Shown in pieces: positions 1-8,997 of a stretch of 64,000 bases of DNA. A program made the position numbers and the translations under genes. Position 1 is the first letter of the stretch; the number at the start of each line of letters is the position of its first letter. The notes beneath the pieces were generated by a model. It was not told the DNA's origin. It saw only the letters and a list, made by a program, of their open reading frames with translations, and searched no databases. Location: positions 6,026,600 to 6,090,599 of the forward strand of contig NC_068983.1 in assembly GCF_001194135.2 (NCBI RefSeq), written 5' to 3'. This stretch comes from Octopus bimaculoides. Its lineage: Eukaryota.

Positions 1-179
1 GTTTATTTTTCATACCAAAAGTTACTATGAGTAATATCCAAGTTTTGAGTTGTTACCCTATTCATAAATCAATCAATAAATGAATTGTATTTATTAGATA
101 TATGACATGCGGCAGGCATCGATGTCTCATGCTTACAACACAACTTCACCGTCGTCAGTAAAAGGGGAATCAATTGAAC

Positions 180-211
180 GACGCTGTTTCTACTTTATTA
201 ACCTTCATCAG
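180..211 (-). ncRNA. Decayed hammerhead-ribozyme-like motif
   Basis: Minus strand reads CTGATGA-AGGTTAATAAAGTA-GAAA-CAGC-GTC. Core boxes are in the right order and it resembles the 56.1 kb motif (AGG..TAATAAA..GAAACAGC), but stems I and II do not pair. Confidence 0.3.
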
Positions 212-423
212 TGATCGAATATCGAAAATTTTATAACCTCTGCAAAATTGTATATATGACTATTGTTGTTACAATTATTACTAAATCAGTCAGACTTTGT
301 TGAATGTTAGGAATATTTTCGGCTGTTAACTCTGTCCAAGATGCGGTTGTATGGTAAACCTAAAATACGCTAGTCATTCTCTCTCGTATCCAGAAAATTT
401 CATAGCCGTATATATTATATTGG

Positions 424-640
424 TGGAGGCGCGTGGCTTAGTGGTTAGGGTGTCAGCATCATGATCGTAAGATTGTGGTTTCGATTCCTGGACCGGACGA
501 CGCGTTGTGTTCTTGAGCAAAACACTTCATTTCACGTTGCTCCAGTCCACTCAGCTGGCAAAAATGAGTAACTCTGCGATTGACTGGCGTCCCGTCCAGC
601 TGGGGAACACATATGCCATTGAAACCGGGAAACCTGGTCC
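424..640 (+). mobile_element. tRNA-derived SINE, family B
   Basis: A-box-like TGGCTTAGTGGTTAG and B-box-like GTTTCGATTCC. The body GACTGGCGTCCCGTCCAGCTGGGG..AAACCGGGAAAC is shared with the copy at 28021 and partly with 48031 and 17498 (-). Confidence 0.85.
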
Positions 641-3522
641 AAAAGGGTGCATTTATTATATTATTTATATGCTATATACGGCAGCCAATTCCCTCCTAAA
701 TATCCCATTCTTCTGTTTCATACTACTTTGAGGAAATATCCATACATCATCGAGTGGCAACGTTAAATCACAGACTCACATATGCTCACAAGAATACAAA
801 GAGAGAGAGAGAGATGGAGAGGGGTAGGGAGAAGAGACAGACCAGTAGATAGAGAGAATGATAAATAGACAGGAAGAATGACATAGAGAGTAACAAAGAG
901 AGAGAGGGGGAGGGAAAGGCAGAGAGAGGAAGGGAGAGAAAAGCTGTGAGAAAGAGAGAAAGTGAAAGAGAGGCAGAAACGTTGACACACATATGCCGAA
1001 TGTACGTGGAAGAACTCAATAGACGGTGGAAAGTAGGTTCGGCAATCTTCCACTTAGTTCCTTTTCGACATTAGCAAGAGACATAAGAAATGAAGCATTG
1101 TGTGTATGTATAAACATATACATACACACATACATACAACACATCGCTTTTCATTCATTCCTATATGATGTCATCTTCTATCTTTCTCCTATTCACTCTC
1201 TCAATTTATCGTTCATATTTTCTGTGTGTGTGCAAGTGTGCATATGTGTGTGTTTATATATATATACACATGTGTATGTGTAAATATACATACATTTATA
1301 TANNNNNNNNNNNNNNNNNNNNNNNNNNNNNNNNNNNNNNNNNNNNNNNNNNNNNNNNNNNNNNNNNNNNNNNNNNNNNNNNNNNNNNNNNNNNNNNNNN
1401 NNNNNNNNNNNNNNNNNNNNNNNNNNNNNNNNNNNNNNNNNNNNNNNNNNNNNNNNNNNNNNNNNNNNNNNNNNNNNNNNNNNNNNNNNNNNNNNNNNNN
1501 NNNNNNNNNNNNNNNNNNNNNNNNNNNNNNNNNNNNNNNNNNNNNNNNNNNNNNNNNNNNNNNNNNNNNNNNNNNNNNNNNNNNNNNNNNNNNNNNNNNN
1601 NNNNNNNNNNNNNNNNNNNNNNNNNNNNNNNNNNNNNNNNNNNNNNNNNNNNNNNNNNNNNNNNNNNNNNNNNNNNNNNNNNNNNNNNNNNNNNNNNNNN
1701 NNNNNNNNNNNNNNNNNNNNNNNNNNNNNNNNNNNNNNNNNNNNNNNNNNNNNNNNNNNNNNNNNNNNNNNNNNNNNNNNNNNNNNNNNNNNNNNNNNNN
1801 NNNNNNNTATATATATATATATATATATATCAGTCTAAATCCTTCTTTCTTTCCCGAATGTTCTTTCACAGTCACTTATTAAGACACTCTCTCAATAACT
1901 GTTTCATCTCAATTCCCCCCCCCCGCTCGCCCCTCCACCACTCTTATTGTCTCCTATATCTTTCATTCTATCTCAACTATTTTCTTTCTTTGCAGTCTGT
2001 ATTTCACTCTCTTTGCCAATGTGCATATGCATGTGTATGCATACGTATATGTATGTATACGTATACACACACACACACACATATATATATATGAACACAC
2101 AAAGGCATATATATATACATACATGTAAATATAGAATATTTATATGCAAGTGCTTTTGTGTGTGTGTGTGTGTGCTTGTGTGTAGATACATACAAATATA
2201 TTAAGTAGATACCCATAAACACATAAACACACGCCATCGTACCCATACAAGTATGCCAAGTATGCATGTGTGCGACGGGGTGTTACCTAACGTTTCAAAA
2301 ACAACTCAATTATTTTCAATCGCTCCATCTTGATTTTTTATAGCTTTTTTTCGTTGTTTCTCCTTTTCAAATTTTATTTTATACACAATTCGCCTCCTCC
2401 TCCTCCTCCCCCCATCCTCCTCCTNNNNNNNNNNNNNNNNNNNNNNNNNNNNNNNNNNNNNNNNNNNNNNNNNNNNNNNNNNNNNNNNNNNNNNNNNNNN
2501 NNNNNNNNNNNNNNNNNNNNNNNNNNNNNNNNNNNNNNNNNNNNNNNNNNNNNNNNNNNNNNNNNNNNNNNNNNNNNNNNNNNNNNNNNNNNNNNNNNNN
2601 NNNNNNNNNNNNNNNNNNNNNNNNNNNNNNNNNNNNNNNNNNNNNNNNNNNNNNNNNNNNNNNNNNNNNNNNNNNNNNNNNNNNNNNNNNNNNNNNNNNN
2701 NNNNNNNNNNNNNNNNNNNNNNNNNNNNNNNNNNNNNNNNNNNNNNNNNNNNNNNNNNNNNNNNNNNNNNNNNNNNNNNNNNNNNNNNNNNNNNNNNNNN
2801 NNNNNNNNNNNNNNNNNNNNNNNNNNNNNNNNNNNNNNNNNNNNNNNNNNNNNNNNNNNNNNNNNNNNNNNNNNNNNNNNNNNNNNNNNNNNNNNNNNNN
2901 NNNNNNNNNNNNNNNNNNNNNNNNNNNNNNNNNNNNNNNNNNNNNNNNNNNNNNNNNNNNNNNNNNNNNNNNNNNNNNNNNNNNNNNNNNNNNNNNNNNN
3001 NNNNNNNNNNNNNNNNNNNNNNNNNNNNNNNNNNNNNNNNNNNNNNNNNNNNNNNNNNNNNNNNNNNNNNNNNNNNNNNNNNNNNNNNNNNNNNNNNNNN
3101 NNNNNNNNNNNNNNNNNNNNNNNNNNNNNNNNNNNNNNNNNNNNNNNNNNNNNNNNNNNNNNNNNNNNNNNNNNNNNNNNNNNNNNNNNNNNNNNNNNNN
3201 NNNNNNNNNNNNNNNNNNNNATATATATATATATATATACAGTGATAAATTCACAACCAGAGATAACTACAGATACAATCTTGCAGCCATATAAATTTAT
3301 CATACTCTAAGCTATACATTTACGGACTCTCATTCCTACATACACAGTCATATAGTAGCACACATACACACACAAACACATACACCCGCGCACACACACT
3401 CACGGTCACACACTCACGGACACACACAGCGACATAATAACAAACATACAGTAACACACACTCACTTGCGCATATACGCAGCTCCATTGATACACAAAGC
3501 GTCTCATAGCCATGCACAGAGC

Positions 3523-3569
<47 letters not shown>

Positions 3570-3579
3570 NNNNNNNNNN

Positions 3580-3617
<38 letters not shown>

Positions 3618-5156
3618 TAATACATTTTCACAAACGGTCGCATTGTCATATATATACAGTCGCTCAGCAACACACACATACACACATGCAGTCACACAAT
3701 ATCACACATACACACACAACTGCGTAGCACACACATACACCCACAACTGCGTAGCTACACACACATATAGATAGCACGCCACCACAGACATACACACACA
3801 CACATATACACTACCACATTCCCAAACCTAAACGCATACACATAGATGCATACACGACTGCATAGGAACACACACATACCTAGATAGCTGCGTTCACACA
3901 CATTCGCACAGCCACACGCACACACACACACACACACACACATACGTACATACTCAGGCACGTAGACCCGTTATCACATTGCCATACGATGCACACACAT
4001 GCAGCTACATGGCCACACCTACAAACTCACACACATAGTATCTCTCACACACATACCACACCTAACTACACACACACATGCACACACTTACCTACATACA
4101 TACTCGCACCTACGAACAAACACAAACGTACACACCTAATGCCACGTACAAAAATACATAAAGAAAATACAAAATATACCAACTGCGACAGATCTTTTTC
4201 TACTTTCACTTTCGTATTCTCCATCCTTTTCTTTCTAATTTTCCTTTCATTTTCCTTTCTTTTCCGTTTATTTTTACATCATTTTTCTTTCTCATTGCTT
4301 TGTTTTACCTCTCTTACTTTTCTTTTCTCCCTATTCTCAACTCCCTCCCGCCTCTCTCTTTCTCTCTCTCTCTCTCTCTGTTTTCATCGTCTTTCTTGTT
4401 CCATTTCTTTCAAATCAATGAAAACTTTACAATTGACAGAGCAATTTAATATAAACTCTCTAAAGCTTATTGAGGATTGTAATAATATCTTATCGATAAA
4501 TGTTCCATATATACATATACATATATATATATATATATATNNNNNNNNNNNNNNNNNNNNNNNNNNNNNNNNNNNNNNNNNNNNNNNNNNNNNNNNNNNN
4601 NNNNNNNNNNNNNNNNNNNNNNNNNNNNNNNNNNNNNNNNNNNNNNNNNNNNNNNNNNNNNNNNNNNNNNNNNNNNNNNNNNNNNNNNNNNNNNNNNNNN
4701 NNNNNNNNNNNNNNNNNNNNNNNNNNNNNNNNNNNNNNNNNNNNNNNNNNNNNNNNNNNNNNNNNNNNNNNNNNNNNNNNNNNNNNNNNNNNNNNNNNNN
4801 NNNNNNNNNNNNNNNNNNNNNNNNNNNNNNNNNNNNNNNNNNNNNNNNNNNNNNNNNNNNNNNNNNNNNNNNNNNNNNNNNNNNNNNNNNNNNNNNNNNN
4901 NNNNNNNNNNNNNNNNNNNNNNNNNNNNNNNNNNNNNNNNNNNNNNNNNNNNNNNNNNNNNNNNNNNNNNNNNNNNNNNNNNNNNNNNNNNNNNNNNNNN
5001 NNNNNNNNNNNNNNNNNNNNNNNNNNNNNNNNNNNNNNNNNNNNNNNNNNNNNNNNNNNNNNNNNNNNNNNNNNNNNNNNNNNNNNNNNNNNNNNNNNNN
5101 NNNNNNNNNNNNNNNNNNNNNNNNNNNNNNNNNNNNNNNNNNNNNNNNNNNNNNNN

Positions 5157-5201
<45 letters not shown>

Positions 5202-5670
5202 TATATACAGTATCAACTGAATTCAGGTGGAGAGCTGAAGGAATATCAATGACAGTCTCTTCTACTGATCAAAAGAAAATAGAGAATATATGCTTATTTA
5301 CTTGTCATCCTTCTCTCACCAACCAACCAGCCAGCCACCCAGTAAGCCATCTACACAATCAGCCAGCGACTATCATTTCTCCTCTATACAATTATTGATA
5401 CATAGAGCAGGTTGAACGACCTCACGTAAGTCCTGTCATTGACGGGGCCTATATGCGGTTGTTCTATCTGCTACAATAGTAGCAACACCTGCCTCAGATC
5501 ATCCAGTCACAAGCTACCGTCTTCAGTAAAAGAGTCTACATCGGAGAAACTGTAACCAAGACGCAATAATTATGTAAGAAATGATATACAGAGACGTGCA
5601 ATTATGTCGCAAACGAATAGCACAAGGAAGATTAATCATGTCTTCGTTATATTGCTTTCGAAATTTAGCT

Positions 5671-5835
5671 CAAGGCCAGCAATTACAAGGGAGGGAATAA
5701 GTCGATTGTATCAGCTCCACTGCTCAATTGTTACATATTTTATCAAACCAGAAACGATGAAAGACGAAGTCAACTTTGGCGGCAATTGAATTGCAAAACA
5801 TAAAGACGAATGAAAAGCTGTTAAGCATTTTCTCC
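5671..5835 (-). mobile_element. tRNA-derived SINE, family C (diverged copy)
   Basis: Reverse complement matches the family C core (GTTGACTTCGTCTTTCATC..GATAAAAT..GATACAATCGACTT) seen in better copies such as 29869-30103. Confidence 0.65.
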
Positions 5836-7069
5836 GGCGAGCAAGCAATTCTACCAGCTCACCGCTTTTTCTTCATTATATTGGATAAGATTAAAAGTTT
5901 GCATTTGAAATTAAGGGATAATCAAGATTTACAGAAACGAAGAAAAGAAATGAAAAACAAAAAAAGAAATCAAACACTTTTGTTTTTATAAATGTCTAAA
6001 CGAAATAACAGAATAAGAAGCGAAATAACGATTGAAATCATTTGATAAAGGACTGTTACCAATGCTTCCTTTCAATGGCAAGCTGTACTACAAAATATAT
6101 CTATAGATTTTAGTCACATGTATGCAAAATAGAAGGTTGTAGATAGCTACTCTTTTACACATTGATTTTCTGTTGAGAAAGAAGCGAATCAAGTTGACTA
6201 ATTTTAAAAACTAAGATTGGAATCTCGAAATCAACTGAAGACTATCTTTATTTCTTAGTAAAGATTCTGTAACAGAATCCACTTTTAGTGCGGTGTAAAA
6301 TAAATTTTATAGTTCGAATCGGCACAACATAACGTCCACTATCTAGACACATAGGTATAAAAGATTTATAATATATAAAATATAGTACCGATTTATTTTG
6401 CTACTGTTACATTATTATACATACATACAAACATATATATATGTTAATGTATATATATATATATATATATNNNNNNNNNNNNNNNNNNNNNNNNNNNNNN
6501 NNNNNNNNNNNNNNNNNNNNNNNNNNNNNNNNNNNNNNNNNNNNNNNNNNNNNNNNNNNNNNNNNNNNNNNNNNNNNNNNNNNNNNNNNNNNNNNNNNNN
6601 NNNNNNNNNNNNNNNNNNNNNNNNNNNNNNNNNNNNNNNNNNNNNNNNNNNNNNNNNNNNNNNNNNNNNNNNNNNNNNNNNNNNNNNNNNNNNNNNNNNN
6701 NNNNNNNNNNNNNNNNNNNNNNNNNNNNNNNNNNNNNNNNNNNNNNNNNNNNNNNNNNNNNNNNNNNNNNNNNNNNNNNNNNNNNNNNNNNNNNNNNNNN
6801 NNNNNNNNNNNNNNNNNNNNNNNNNNNNNNNNNNNNNNNNNNNNNNNNNNNNNNNNNNNNNNNNNNNNNNNNNNNNNNNNNNNNNNNNNNNNNNNNNNNN
6901 NNNNNNNNNNNNNNNNNNNNNNNNNNNNNNNNNNNNNNNNNNNNNNNNNNNNNNNNNNNNNNNNNNNNNNNNNNNNNNNNNNNNNNNNNNNNNNNNNNNN
7001 NNNNNNNNNNNNNNNNNNNNNNNNNNNNNNNNNNNNNNNNNNNNNNNNNNNNNNNNNNNNNNNNNNNNN

Positions 7070-7116
<47 letters not shown>

Positions 7117-7139
7117 GTATATATGCATGTATGTATTAT

Positions 7140-7300
7140 ATTTTTATGTGTGTTTAAGTCTGTGTTTGTGTCCCCGTAACTTAGCTGTTCGGCCGAAGAG
7201 ACTGATAGAATAAGCATCAGGCTTACAAGGATCGATTTCTTCGACTAAAGGGCGGTGCTCCTGCATGGCCACCGTCAAATGACTGCAACGAGTAAATGAA
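7140..7300 (+). mobile_element. SINE family A, 3' half
   Basis: GTCCCCGTAACTTAGC..GATAGAATAAG..CGACTAAAGGGCGGTGCTCC..GCATGGCC..CAAATGACTG matches the 3' half of the full copy at 14058-14460. Confidence 0.8.
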
Positions 7301-7679
7301 TTTAAAAAATGCCAGAAGAACGTTCCGTACCACTAAAACAACATTCTAAAACAATTTTCTGAATATGTACGATCTATTTTAAGGCTTAATTGTAATCCTG
7401 TTTACGTTTGCGTAACTGAGATATTTTGATTGGATTATATAGTTAGCGGTTCTATATTCTGTAACTATCACAATATGGAAACATTTCTCATGGCACCAGC
7501 ACACAATTTACAGATACTTGGCACAATATAATATGATAAAGCAAAACTTTTATCGTCAGTAATTGTGGCCGAGGGTGCCGAAACACCTATACGACATGAG
7601 TACTCAAATTATTTGCGTTATTCGTCCGGAGAGAATATCTGTTATGGATGTTCCTTTTTTAAAATATCACAAATATATA

Positions 7680-7915
7680 TTAGTAGCAGGTGAAAATCGT
7701 CCAGCAGCGGTGAGCATGTCAGATGTGTATTATCACCGTCCTAGTCGTTGCAAAATCACTGATTTTTCTATCACTGCTTTTCTATATCAGAGGGGATGAT
7801 TTTTGGCGTAGCATGTGATAGCCAGTGGGTAGATACTGTTGACAAAGCGCAATGAGGAAGAAATGCGCATAAAGTTTTCTTACCGCCACTGTTAGACGAT
7901 TTTCGGCGCTACTGG
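7680..7915. mobile_element. Old MITE-like element with degenerate TIRs and TA flanks
   Basis: Left end TTAGTAGCAGGTGAAAATCGTCCAGCAGCGGTGAG versus reverse complement of right end CCAGTAGCGCCGAAAATCGTCTAACAGTGGCGGTAAG. TA at 7678-7679 and 7916-7917. Confidence 0.5.
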
Positions 7916-8280
7916 TATAATCGTGTTATTTAATGCAATGCATCCACAAGAGAAATTATTACCGAAGGAATGCCGTAGTTATTTTGACTTCTCAGGACTA
8001 TTTACCGAATCACCTACGATATTTGCTTTCATTTACTTCACTTTATGCGTTAACCACGTGGTTTCGGATTCAGTCCCTCTGTGCAGTACCTTAGGCAAGT
8101 GTCTTACACTGTAACCCCGGGTAGACCAATTGAATACCGTAGTTATTTTGACTTCTCAGGACCCATTTGCAGTAAGTATTATGCACAGATGGCTATTTTT
8201 ATCTAATACTGCTTCTAATGTACAAAGTTATTTGCAAGCATAGAGAAATACACATTTTAACACATTCATTGGCGCATTCA

Positions 8281-8578
8281 TTTCGGATTCAGTCCTTCTG
8301 TGCATACCTTGGGCAAGTGTCTTACACTGTAGCCCCTGATAGACCAATGTTTTGCGAATGAGTTTGGTAAACGGAAACTGTATGGAGGCCAGTTGTATCT
8401 ATATATATATATATATATATATNNNNNNNNNNNNNNNNNNNNNNNNNNNNNNNNNNNNNNNNNNNNNNNNNNNNNNNNNNNNNNNNNNNNNNNNNNNNNN
8501 NNNNNNNNNNNNNNNNNNNNNNNNNNNNNNNNNNNNNNNNNNNNNNNNNNNNNNNNNNNNNNNNNNNNNNNNNNNNNN

Positions 8579-8622
<44 letters not shown>

Positions 8623-8860
8623 CTATGTATTTCTGTGCGCATGTGCATGTGTTTTTGTGTCTTTATGTGTCTCCTCGCTGATTGACAACTAGTGTTGGTT
8701 TGTATACGTCCTCGTAACTTAGCAGCGGCTCGGCAAAAGTAACCGATAGAATAATGCACTAGATTTTAAAATCCCCATGTACTGGGTTCGATTTGTTCAT
8801 ATTGCCACCCAGTACGACCGCAGTGTAGTCACATGACTAAAACTAGTGAAAGGTAAGAAA
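8281..8860 (+). mobile_element. SINE family A, diverged copy spanning a gap
   Basis: Head CCTTGGGCAAGTGTCTT..GGTAAACGGAAACTG, then a microsatellite and gap, then tail CGTAACTTAGC..GATAGAATAA..ATGACTAAAACTAG. A second head fragment lies at about 8050-8150. Confidence 0.7.
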
Positions 8861-8933
8861 AAAAATTATTTTTCATATGTTGCACGCTTAAAAGAATTGA
8901 AACTAACAGACATTTACAATCAAACCAAATATA

Positions 8934-8939
8934 TTTATT
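8934..8939 (-). terminator. Polyadenylation signal AATAAA for the 959-aa gene
   Basis: Plus-strand TTTATT at 8934-8939 is AATAAA on the minus strand, 58 nt downstream of the TAA at 8998-9000. Confidence 0.55.
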
Positions 8940-8997
8940 GTTTGCTCAGACTTGGAGATCCATTTGTGGCTTTACACGAGTGCAATACTTTCTCACC

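Noticed and set aside
424-500. tRNA-gene-like sequences here and at 17720-17793, 18327-18408, 28021-28095 and 48031-48100
   Set aside because: They have A/B boxes but no complete cloverleaf or acceptor stem, and they run into shared SINE bodies.
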